A DNA stretch of 64,000 bases from a virus: IMG/VR virus record IMGVR_UViG_3300020470_000460, positions 1-64,000 of that record; one strand, 5' to 3'. This document shows, piece by piece, positions 56,739 through 64,000 of this stretch. Under the pieces are notes generated by a model. The model saw nothing but the letters and a program-made list of their open reading frames with translations. It had not been told where the DNA came from and searched no databases. The stretch's first letter is position 1, and every line of letters starts with the position of its first letter. The translations under genes and the position numbers were made by a program.

Positions 56739-56763
56739 AACGATTGCATTATTATAATTCTAT

Positions 56764-57516
56764 TTAGACACCAAATCCAGCTGCATTTGTCTGTGATCGG
56801 TCAATTCCAACAGAAGATAATCCATCTGATGCAGCATTGATGAATCTATCTGGAGAATTAACTCCATTAACATCACTACCAACACCATCAAATCTATATC
56901 TCTCGTGCTTAAACTTAACGCTAAACTTAACTAAATTGGTAGGACCATTACTATATGATGCTCCACCCATGTCATAAGGCCATGCTCCAAAGAACTGCCA
57001 AACTGCCATTGATGAATTAAGTCTCTGTCTATAGACTGCATTTGACTCTGTAAGACCTTCCCAACTAATATTAGATCCAACTTCCCACTTTGTTATTATA
57101 AGGTTAGTAGTATACTCTTCATATATTCCAGATCTATTCTCCATGTCTGGTGCTGCCCAGTTCATCCAATGCTCAAAGAATCTGCGATGATACTGATATT
57201 TGTCTGTTACAAATGTAATATCTACATCGTTATTCTGTTGTATCCTCGCATGTGAATATCCTGCACCTTGCCATGCTTGTGCTACTGGAGTATCTAATAT
57301 TCTCTTACCAGGTATAGACACTTGATCTGCCATATAATTCATAGCATCGAATGCCCATCTTCTATCTGCATTAACAAATTGGGTATTTGCTTGCATACAT
57401 GTAGGGAGCCACAGTTTAACTCCATAGAGATTAGACCTTGAAGGTTCTAGTCTTCCAGACGAGACCCTTTCTCTAAAGTCCTTAAAACTATTTGGATTTG
57501 ATGAGGTTGAAGGCAT
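56764..57516 (-). CDS. tail tube-like baseplate junction protein (gp54/gp19-like)
   Basis: SR.NLY.V, IPG, TF..D....R.FFE.W, AWP, F.V.F. Confidence 0.65.
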   Translation of the reverse strand: MPSTSSNPNSFKDFRERVSSGRLEPSRSNLYGVKLWLPTCMQANTQFVNADRRWAFDAMNYMADQVSIPGKRILDTPVAQAWQGAGYSHARIQQNNDVDITFVTDKYQYHRRFFEHWMNWAAPDMENRSGIYEEYTTNLIITKWEVGSNISWEGLTESNAVYRQRLNSSMAVWQFFGAWPYDMGGASYSNGPTNLVKFSVKFKHERYRFDGVGSDVNGVNSPDRFINAASDGLSSVGIDRSQTNAAGFGV

Positions 57517-57520
57517 AATC

Positions 57521-58000
57521 TTACTTTAATCTACTCCATATAATGCTGCTTGGTACTTCCATAGTCCTACCAAGACCTTTAGGTCTAATAACGAATTGCT
57601 CTATTGGAAGTGGTGTCATATCTTGCAGCTCATTTGAAGGTACATTATATGCTCTTGTGACACTATTCATAAAGTATTTATGGTGGCAACGCATAGGATA
57701 TGAAATACTACCAGCAGCCCATGTATTTGCCATACTTTTCCTACTATTAGGTCTCAGGTAGTGCATATTCCCGCCAGAGAATTGCTTCTTCTGGTAGTCT
57801 ACGTCTGTGATTAGTACCATAGGGAAAGTATCCCAAAATTTAAGATCTGGTGTCTGAGCTGCGTAATTGAAAAATATAATATCACCCACAATGAATCCAC
57901 CTTGGTATGCTTCCAGTCCATACTGAAGTTGCTCTCTATACCATTGTTTAGACTGTTTGACTCCCATTGCTAAGTCTTTTACGTCTGTGAAGATACTCAT
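57521..58000 (-). CDS. gp2: DNA end protector gp2
   Basis: SKQWYR, FFNY, WD.FP.V, G.N.HYL.P, HKY, LP.EQF. Confidence 0.85.
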   Translation of the reverse strand: MSIFTDVKDLAMGVKQSKQWYREQLQYGLEAYQGGFIVGDIIFFNYAAQTPDLKFWDTFPMVLITDVDYQKKQFSGGNMHYLRPNSRKSMANTWAAGSISYPMRCHHKYFMNSVTRAYNVPSNELQDMTPLPIEQFVIRPKGLGRTMEVPSSIIWSRLK

Positions 58001-58431
58001 ACATTTAAGTGTTTTTCGGTCAGTATAATAAATTGAAACCCTTTATGTGCACAGAATTGCCTTGCTGCTCTCCATTTAGCACTATTTACATTCCAAGTCT
58101 TAACTTCACTCAAAAAGGTGCGAGCCTTCTGCGATTTACGCTTAGGGGGTTTAGTTTGATAAGCTGGTTTGATCTCGATGATCGATTTGGCAACTCCTCC
58201 GTTCTTGGTTCTTGCTCTAACATAGAAATCAGGATAATAACGGTGAATCCTGTTATCCAAAGGAGACTTATAAGGTATAATAATTTCTTCACTTCCCCAC
58301 TCTAATACGTTGTTATTCATGTCACACCAATGCATGAACTTCTTTTCCCACAAACTCCTATAAATAACATTAGTGTGATCACCTTTGTACTTATGTTTAT
58401 TTGATGGTCGGAATTTTCCTTTGTAAGACAT
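57997..58431 (-). CDS. gp4: head completion nuclease gp4
   Basis: MSYKGKF.P.N..KYKGD...IYRSLWE..FM.WCD; YYPDF; EIKP. Confidence 0.95.
   Translation of the reverse strand: MSYKGKFRPSNKHKYKGDHTNVIYRSLWEKKFMHWCDMNNNVLEWGSEEIIIPYKSPLDNRIHRYYPDFYVRARTKNGGVAKSIIEIKPAYQTKPPKRKSQKARTFLSEVKTWNVNSAKWRAARQFCAHKGFQFIILTEKHLNV
58359..58366 (+). promoter_or_regulatory. late promoter TATAAATA inside gp4, driving gp48
   Basis: Exact consensus 64 bp upstream of the gp48 ATG. Confidence 0.7.
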
Positions 58432-59452
58432 GGCAGTAACTGTATTTCCAAGAGCGAAACCTTTAGGAGTCAATTCAGCAAGTAGTAGAGAAACAATCAC
58501 GGATGGTGCTGCATTCCCAACTGAGGTAATCGATTACCTAAAATTTGAGGTATTCGATCAAAAATCGGATCAGTTAAGAGATACGATATATCTCTATTTA
58601 CCCAAGTCACTAAGTGAAAAACATAGTCAAGGGTGGGGACAAGTAAATTTGGGTCCAGCAGGAGCCGCAGCGATAGATATTGCTGCTGAAGCTGCTAATG
58701 CTAAAGGTGGAATTGATACTGATACTGTTGCTTCTAGTATTGAAGATGCAGCAAAAGCAGCAATGCCACAAATAGGATATAAAGCTGCTTCCAAAGTCAT
58801 AAATGCTGCTATATCTGCAACTGGTGGTAGTGGGTCTGTAACTAGAGAGCAATTAACCTCTATAATCGGTAAAAAGATCTTCAACCCATACGCAGAAGCA
58901 ACATACGAAGGTCAAGGATCATTTAGAGACCATTCCTGGAATTGGGAAATGGCACCTAAGAGCACAGCTGATGCTAAGACCATATACAATATTATTAAGA
59001 AATTTAGAGGATATTCACTACCTGGTAAAAGTGGAAATAACTGGTTAACAATACCAGAATACTTCCGTCTTAGCACTGTCAGATATATTGATAAAGGTGG
59101 TGGTAATGAAGAAATTTCAGATCCTTCAAAATCAGCAGACAAAGGTGGTATCTTAAGTCAGGTACTACAATTCCCAACAAAAATGGTCTGCACTAATGTT
59201 ACTGTTGGAATGCCTGATTATACCTCTCTGAGATCTTCATACGCTGGTACCAGATTCATGGATTTTGGTGCTGTGAAATACAATATATCGCTAACATTCA
59301 AAGAGACTGAATTCCTTACAAAGGAAACTTACGGTTTCGATGCAAAAGACCAGATTATGTCTGATTTTGATGATGCTATTAGAAGTCTGAATTGGAGAGA
59401 CGAATCTATAGGTGGTAATGACTTATCTGGTACCTCATCTAATATCGCATAA
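58430..59452 (+). CDS. gp48: baseplate tail tube cap gp48
   Basis: IYLYLP, FNP..E..Y.G..FR.H.W.W..APKS, L..P..F, L.FKE. Confidence 0.85.
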   Translation: MAVTVFPRAKPLGVNSASSRETITDGAAFPTEVIDYLKFEVFDQKSDQLRDTIYLYLPKSLSEKHSQGWGQVNLGPAGAAAIDIAAEAANAKGGIDTDTVASSIEDAAKAAMPQIGYKAASKVINAAISATGGSGSVTREQLTSIIGKKIFNPYAEATYEGQGSFRDHSWNWEMAPKSTADAKTIYNIIKKFRGYSLPGKSGNNWLTIPEYFRLSTVRYIDKGGGNEEISDPSKSADKGGILSQVLQFPTKMVCTNVTVGMPDYTSLRSSYAGTRFMDFGAVKYNISLTFKETEFLTKETYGFDAKDQIMSDFDDAIRSLNWRDESIGGNDLSGTSSNIA

Positions 59453-60291
59453 TGGCATATTTCACTCATTTACCACTCGTTGATGTAAGGACATCTAGTT
59501 ACCGTCAAAGTAACGTAGATCCATATACTCTTGCAAGAAATATCTTCAGGAGAATTAAAATACGTGAAAGTCTAGAAGATGTCATATTGGGATTTGACCA
59601 ATATACAATTCAGACAAATGAAAGACCAGATCAGGTTGCTTTTAAGCAATATGGCAGTATGCAGTATGATTGGGTTGTTTTGCTATGTAACAATATAATC
59701 AATGTATATGAAGAATGGCCCATGGCAGAAGATGAGTTAGAAAGGTATATTGACAGCACATATGAAGAAGATGCCGATTCTGTCCATCATTGGGTAACTC
59801 AAAGAATTACAGATCAAAAGGGACGCATCCTAGTAAAGGCAGATCGCATAGTACCTGAAGATTACACATATACTAGACCTGATGGAACCTTCGTACCTAA
59901 AGAAGAGACCGTTAGACCTATTTCAGTCTATGACCACGAAGCTGGCAAAAATGACTATAAACGCAATATTTACCTTTTAAGGAAAGAGTATGTAACTGGG
60001 TTTATTGAAGAATTCACCAGTTTGGTCGGATATCTTCCAAATAGCGAAACTGACGCAACAACAGGAGCTAAGAGATCAGTCAATACTACTCAAGAGCAGT
60101 TCCAGACCGTTAAACCGACTTATAGCACAAATATCGGTGAAACGAGTTCTATCGAATTTGCTTCAGAAGCGGATTACTCATCTAAGGAGTTTGACACCTC
60201 TGGACCAACTATTAGCGAAGGTGACGTATTGGCAGATGGCAGCACAGTCGCAGTTTCGTCTGCTGGCACTGGATCCACTAGTGGGTATTAA
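59452..60291 (+). CDS. gp53: baseplate wedge component gp53
   Basis: MAYF..LP, NIFRR, ERPD.VA..YG...DWVVLL.NNI...EWP. Confidence 0.92.
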   Translation: MAYFTHLPLVDVRTSSYRQSNVDPYTLARNIFRRIKIRESLEDVILGFDQYTIQTNERPDQVAFKQYGSMQYDWVVLLCNNIINVYEEWPMAEDELERYIDSTYEEDADSVHHWVTQRITDQKGRILVKADRIVPEDYTYTRPDGTFVPKEETVRPISVYDHEAGKNDYKRNIYLLRKEYVTGFIEEFTSLVGYLPNSETDATTGAKRSVNTTQEQFQTVKPTYSTNIGETSSIEFASEADYSSKEFDTSGPTISEGDVLADGSTVAVSSAGTGSTSGY

Positions 60292-60312
60292 TACTTAGCG
60301 ACCCTACAGGAC

Positions 60313-60344
60313 AAAAAAATACCCCCGATTTTTTCGGGGGTTTT
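60313..60344. terminator. bidirectional Rho-independent terminator
   Basis: A7-TACCCCCGA-TTTTT-TCGGGGGT-TTT between convergent genes. Confidence 0.85.
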
Positions 60345-60374
60345 GCTTGTTCTAAAAGTCGAATAATATGCAGA

Positions 60375-60686
60375 TTAGCGTCTGCATCTTTCCCATGCAA
60401 TCACATCACGATGCTCATAATATCCTGGGATCCATGTGTTACCATGACCAAGGTAATGCCCTGGTACCCAGTATTTCTTTGTGATTACAACCTCACACCT
60501 TCTCCGTCTTGGACGGTGGTAGTGACCGTGGTCATATCTCCAGTCCCTCCAAGAAGGATCGTGGACGTGAGCATGACCATGATGATAGGACTCCTGAAAT
60601 GGTTCCCAGAATTCCTTCCATGTTAGTGCTTCTGCTCTCACAGGTGCTGCGAAGAGTAGAAGTGGGAGAAACAGGAGTCTTTTCAT
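60375..60686 (-). CDS. secreted His/Arg-rich hypothetical protein
   Basis: Signal peptide MKRLLFLPLLLFAAPVRA; WVPGHY/WIPGYY repeats. Confidence 0.7.
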   Translation of the reverse strand: MKRLLFLPLLLFAAPVRAEALTWKEFWEPFQESYHHGHAHVHDPSWRDWRYDHGHYHRPRRRRCEVVITKKYWVPGHYLGHGNTWIPGYYEHRDVIAWERCRR

Positions 60687-60687
60687 T

Positions 60688-61605
60688 TTAGTCCTCGTTA
60701 GCTAGGGCAGCGAAGTAGGATAAATCAGGTGAATCACCTGCCTCTTCAACTTCCTTTATCTTAGCACCGAAACCTGACTTTGTGGGTGCAGGTGGGTCCG
60801 CTTTGACAACTGGACTAGTAAGAGGTGCTAGTTCCTCGTCTTCTTCGTTAGTTTGTACCACAGGTCTTGTTGACTTGTTAAGCACAATATTCAAACGTGC
60901 TGATAACTCCTCATAACTCTTGAAGTTCTTAAGATCAGTAAACTCTTTAAGAGAATGCTGAGACTTCCAGATCTTCTCAAGTGCGTCATCTTCCAATCCA
61001 CCTAACACAGAGGGTGAGTCAAACTCACTCTTATCATAGTTCCAGTATCCACCAATGGTCTGGATCTTGATCTTAAAGTTAGCACCCTTCCAAAGATCGA
61101 AAGGATTGATTGGAGTTTCGTCTTCAAACTGTGGCTGCATCGCTGATGCAATCTTGTCATGAATTTTCTTACCATACTTATATAAGAATACTTTACCTTC
61201 ATTTTCTGGATGAAGTTGATCCTTAACGACATAGATGTTACTGTAGTAAGAAAGCTTACGCTTCTGCTTACGTGCAGTATCTTTGTCTGCGTCTAGTCCA
61301 CTATTCCATAGTGTCCTGTTTAATTCACCGACAGGATCCTTTTGGTTAAGTGTGGTAAGAGAATTCTCTATGTACCAACCACCTGGTCCTTGAAATGCAT
61401 GACTCCATACCTGTGCCCAAGGGAGATCTTCTCCGTCTGGCTCTGGTAGGAAACGAATAACGGCATAACCGTTACCACTCTTATCTACCTCTGGTTTCCA
61501 GAGTCTTTCATCTGGACCCCTTCCTTGAGGCTTGGAAAGGTTTTCTATCTGTTGTGTAAGCTTAGCAAACTTACCAGACTTGCTCTTTAGTGATGCAAAT
61601 GACAT
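60688..61605 (-). CDS. gp32: single-stranded DNA-binding protein gp32
   Basis: DERLWKP..DKSGNGYAVIRFLP, HAFQGPGGWYIENSLT, YWNYDKSEF. Confidence 0.97.
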   Translation of the reverse strand: MSFASLKSKSGKFAKLTQQIENLSKPQGRGPDERLWKPEVDKSGNGYAVIRFLPEPDGEDLPWAQVWSHAFQGPGGWYIENSLTTLNQKDPVGELNRTLWNSGLDADKDTARKQKRKLSYYSNIYVVKDQLHPENEGKVFLYKYGKKIHDKIASAMQPQFEDETPINPFDLWKGANFKIKIQTIGGYWNYDKSEFDSPSVLGGLEDDALEKIWKSQHSLKEFTDLKNFKSYEELSARLNIVLNKSTRPVVQTNEEDEELAPLTSPVVKADPPAPTKSGFGAKIKEVEEAGDSPDLSYFAALANED

Positions 61606-61649
61606 TCGTATTTGTCTCCGAAGTTGTATTGTGATATTGCTACTGGATT

Positions 61650-61678
61650 ATAGTAGCATGACTATTTAGGCTTGTCAA
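61650..61678 (-). promoter_or_regulatory. sigma70/middle promoter TTGACA-17-TACTAT with nested late-type CTAAATA
   Basis: Upstream of gp32. Confidence 0.7.
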
Positions 61679-62027
61679 CCCCTTTTTCCTGCAATTCTCT
61701 CCGCCACGTGCGTAGTTTGGATTCCATCTGATCTAGTACCATAGTGAGGTTCATACCACCTGAATACTCTGTGGTCATGAGCTCCATCCTCTTCTTAATT
61801 TCTTTTGCTGAGTCATCATCCTTCAACTCATTCGCTGCTAGCTGTAATCGTGCATAGAATACTTTCTGCTTCGCTACCAACTCCAGAGTCTTTTCGATGT
61901 GCTCTAGTCTCTCATGTGGATTAAATTCCTTTAGACCAGCAGACATCTTCAAGAGCTCAGTATAACACTCTTGTATTGCCTCTAACTCTTCTTGTACTAC
62001 TTCTGATTGAAAGAATTGCTCAGTCAT
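61662..62027 (-). CDS. DUF1825-like protein
   Basis: FF.SE.VQEEL...QKVFYARL.L. Confidence 0.75.
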   Translation of the reverse strand: MTEQFFQSEVVQEELEAIQECYTELLKMSAGLKEFNPHERLEHIEKTLELVAKQKVFYARLQLAANELKDDDSAKEIKKRMELMTTEYSGGMNLTMVLDQMESKLRTWRRELQEKGVDKPK

Positions 62028-62269
62028 AAGTTTAAAATACCTTTACTTGTCCGTTTAATGTAGTTTAATTGTTGTGCATCCCATTTGATCTTGTCTTTTA
62101 ATGGTTTAGATATCAGTTTACCAACTGTCTCCACCTCAATCTCAAACTCTTCACACACTGAGGCTACACCCTCAATATAATTTATAAGACCTTGACTTTC
62201 CTTTACCCTATCTTCAACAAGAGAGGTAAACTTACCTTGTGTCATAAATTTTTCTTCAATTTCCTTCAT
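62024..62269 (-). CDS. gp33: late promoter co-activator gp33
   Basis: YIE....CE...IE.E...KLISKPLK.KIK.DA..LN..K.TS. Confidence 0.92.
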   Translation of the reverse strand: MKEIEEKFMTQGKFTSLVEDRVKESQGLINYIEGVASVCEEFEIEVETVGKLISKPLKDKIKWDAQQLNYIKRTSKGILNL

Positions 62270-62937
62270 GCTACAGTTTTCTCATTGTGATAGTCTCTTA
62301 TCCAATCGATAAGAGTGTCTATGTATGGTATCTTATCATACTTTTGGACAACTTGCATACCCCCATCTTCTGCTACTGATATTGTAACTAACTTGTCAAC
62401 CTCAACACCAGTCTGCTCATAATACATGTAAGCATACGCTGCCTCTTGCACAAAGAACTTATCAAGGTGCTCTTCCTTCTTAAGATTCTTAGTGGTCTTG
62501 AAGTCTATTATAGCAAGCTCAGAATCAAACTCAGCAATAGCATCAACACGCCCAGCCAGAAATAGATTGCGAGAAAAAAGAGGGGCTTCAATAGCGTGAA
62601 TATTATTAATCCTATTAAGAGTCTCACGAGCAGACCTAAAAAGGTACGTGGGAAGACCCTCGCTCTTCTTATCTTCTTCCAATTCATTTTTAAGATACTT
62701 CTCCACTAGGTTATGGTATTGAGTGCCTCGCCATGCAGATGACCGTCTGATCTTCTCTGCTTCAGCAAATCCAACTCGCTTCTGCCAAGCTAGTATACCA
62801 TGCTTGGATGCGTTGCCACATACTGTGGTGACACTTGGACACCATCTGTCATCGATCTTATAGAAACGACCAGAGTCAACAGTCCTACTCTCAACCTCCT
62901 GTAGAGGTTTAGCAGGACCAACATAATTAAACATCAA
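62266..62937 (-). CDS. PD-(D/E)XK exonuclease
   Basis: PSVTTV, RGT..H, AGRVD.IAEFD..LAIIDFKT, Q..AYA. Confidence 0.88.
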   Translation of the reverse strand: MMFNYVGPAKPLQEVESRTVDSGRFYKIDDRWCPSVTTVCGNASKHGILAWQKRVGFAEAEKIRRSSAWRGTQYHNLVEKYLKNELEEDKKSEGLPTYLFRSARETLNRINNIHAIEAPLFSRNLFLAGRVDAIAEFDSELAIIDFKTTKNLKKEEHLDKFFVQEAAYAYMYYEQTGVEVDKLVTISVAEDGGMQVVQKYDKIPYIDTLIDWIRDYHNEKTVA

Positions 62938-63692
62938 TCAAATCCCATTTCATGTTTGCAGATGAGGTAGTCTCGAATGAATCCAGACCTCACGATATCA
63001 TTGATACCGAACTCAACACAGGAGAATGAAGTCATTGCCTGTGTGATCTTCATAAAGTCTAGCACACCAGTCCTCTCATTAGCTTTAACTAAGTCAGACT
63101 GTGTGTAATCACCAGAGAATATGATCCTACTATCCTGACCGACACGAGTAGTAATACTATCTAACTCGTGGAAGTTTAGGTTAGAGAACTCATCTACTAT
63201 TATAATGGCTCTGTCAAGTGTTATGCCACGCAAGAAAGAAGTGGACCAGAAATCTATTGATCCTTGGTTTCTTAGGTTGTCATATAATATTTTAAATGCT
63301 CCTTCATCAGGCATATTAAACATGTATCGTACCATATTCCTGTATGGTGTCTGATACAAGTCTGATTTATCTTCTGCATCGCCTGGAAGGAATCCGATCT
63401 CTCTCGTAGGGACTAGAGACCTGACCATGTATACCTTAGTATAAGGTGAAGAAGGTTCCAATACTGCCTGTAATGCTAGGTAGAGACTGATAAATGTCTT
63501 ACCAGTACCAGCAGCACCATGCAATACTAAATTCTGGCCACTCTTGAACGCATCAAAAACATCTTCTTGACTAGGTGTCAAAGGTTCGATGACCCTGAGA
63601 TGCTCAAGGTTAATGGGTGGCTTCTTCTTCATTGCTCTTGATACGGTACCGTTCCCGTTACCATTACCGTTTTTCTTTTTCCTTGCTGGCAT
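62934..63692 (-). CDS. phoH: PhoH family ATPase
   Basis: GAAGTGKT, IGFLPG, FLRG.T, IIVDE, GD..Q.DL, DIVRSG. Confidence 0.96.
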   Translation of the reverse strand: MPARKKKNGNGNGNGTVSRAMKKKPPINLEHLRVIEPLTPSQEDVFDAFKSGQNLVLHGAAGTGKTFISLYLALQAVLEPSSPYTKVYMVRSLVPTREIGFLPGDAEDKSDLYQTPYRNMVRYMFNMPDEGAFKILYDNLRNQGSIDFWSTSFLRGITLDRAIIIVDEFSNLNFHELDSITTRVGQDSRIIFSGDYTQSDLVKANERTGVLDFMKITQAMTSFSCVEFGINDIVRSGFIRDYLICKHEMGFD

Positions 63693-63694
63693 AA

Positions 63695-63925
63695 TTAAGT
63701 AAACCTCGAAAGGTTAGCACGTGGGTGTTTCTCTTGGATCTTACTCATTACTTCTTTGAATCCATCCGATTGTTTCGGGTCTCCATATGTTACTCCACCA
63801 GTCCCTGCGGACCAGTCTTTATCCCAGTCGGGATTGTCCTTCCTCCACTCATCATAAGCAGTCATGGACATTGAGAGTTCTTTCTTCTCTCCAGTAGATT
63901 TATTTATAACAGGGTATGTTGGCAT
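63695..63925 (-). CDS. small conserved hypothetical protein (MPTYP...)
   Basis: MPTYPV.N..TGE; typical upstream neighbour of cyanophage phoH. Confidence 0.75.
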   Translation of the reverse strand: MPTYPVINKSTGEKKELSMSMTAYDEWRKDNPDWDKDWSAGTGGVTYGDPKQSDGFKEVMSKIQEKHPRANLSRFT

Positions 63926-64000
63926 TAGTCTATCCTTAAGCATGGTTGTGTGTCACCCCAGTCACTATCATAACGACAGTCACAGTCATCAACATCAGGA
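63925..64000 (-). CDS. C-terminal fragment of the upstream gene (thyX expected by synteny only)
   Basis: Open frame ...PDVDDCDCRYDSDWGDTQPCLRID*; identity not demonstrable from this fragment. Confidence 0.3.
   Translation of the reverse strand, partial: PDVDDCDCRYDSDWGDTQPCLRID

Noticed and set aside
62266-62937. Cas4/CRISPR-associated nuclease
   Set aside because: Core T4-like cyanophage exonuclease in its usual phoH-gp33 context; no Fe-S Cys cluster
1-64000. tRNA/rRNA genes, introns, homing endonucleases
   Set aside because: No cloverleaf/TTCGA arm context, no interrupted core genes and no HNH/GIY-YIG motifs noticed by eye

Overview
Segment of a T4-like cyanomyovirus genome (Prochlorococcus/Synechococcus-type), AT-rich and almost entirely minus-strand coded. 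Left to right: baseplate wedge genes (gp7 partial, gp6, gp25), a PAAR-like spike and a large virion protein; a non-coding repeat array and a DnaA-box-like cluster (candidate origin); an early region of small ORFs and an SF2 helicase under six copies of a palindrome-plus-TATAAT promoter; an MTase/PD-(D/E)XK nuclease/MTase cassette; purC; a tightly coupled array of 2OG-Fe(II)/JmjC oxygenases and two flavin-dependent halogenases directly downstream of three paralogous glycine-rich adhesin-like genes and tail-fibre genes; talC, cp12, cpeT-like; baseplate hub and tail genes (gp5, gp27-like, two tape-measure/gp29-like, gp51, gp26, gp54-like, gp2, gp4, gp48, gp53); gp32, gp33, an exonuclease and phoH. 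The best candidates for new biology are (1) a late-transcribed halogenase/oxygenase operon that may chemically modify the receptor-binding fibre tip, (2) a phage restriction-modification-like cassette together with apparent window-wide absence of CCGG, GCGC and CGCG, (3) an origin-like locus with cyanobacterial DnaA boxes, and (4) a structured 5' leader RNA. All calls come from reading the sequence by eye; no searches were run.
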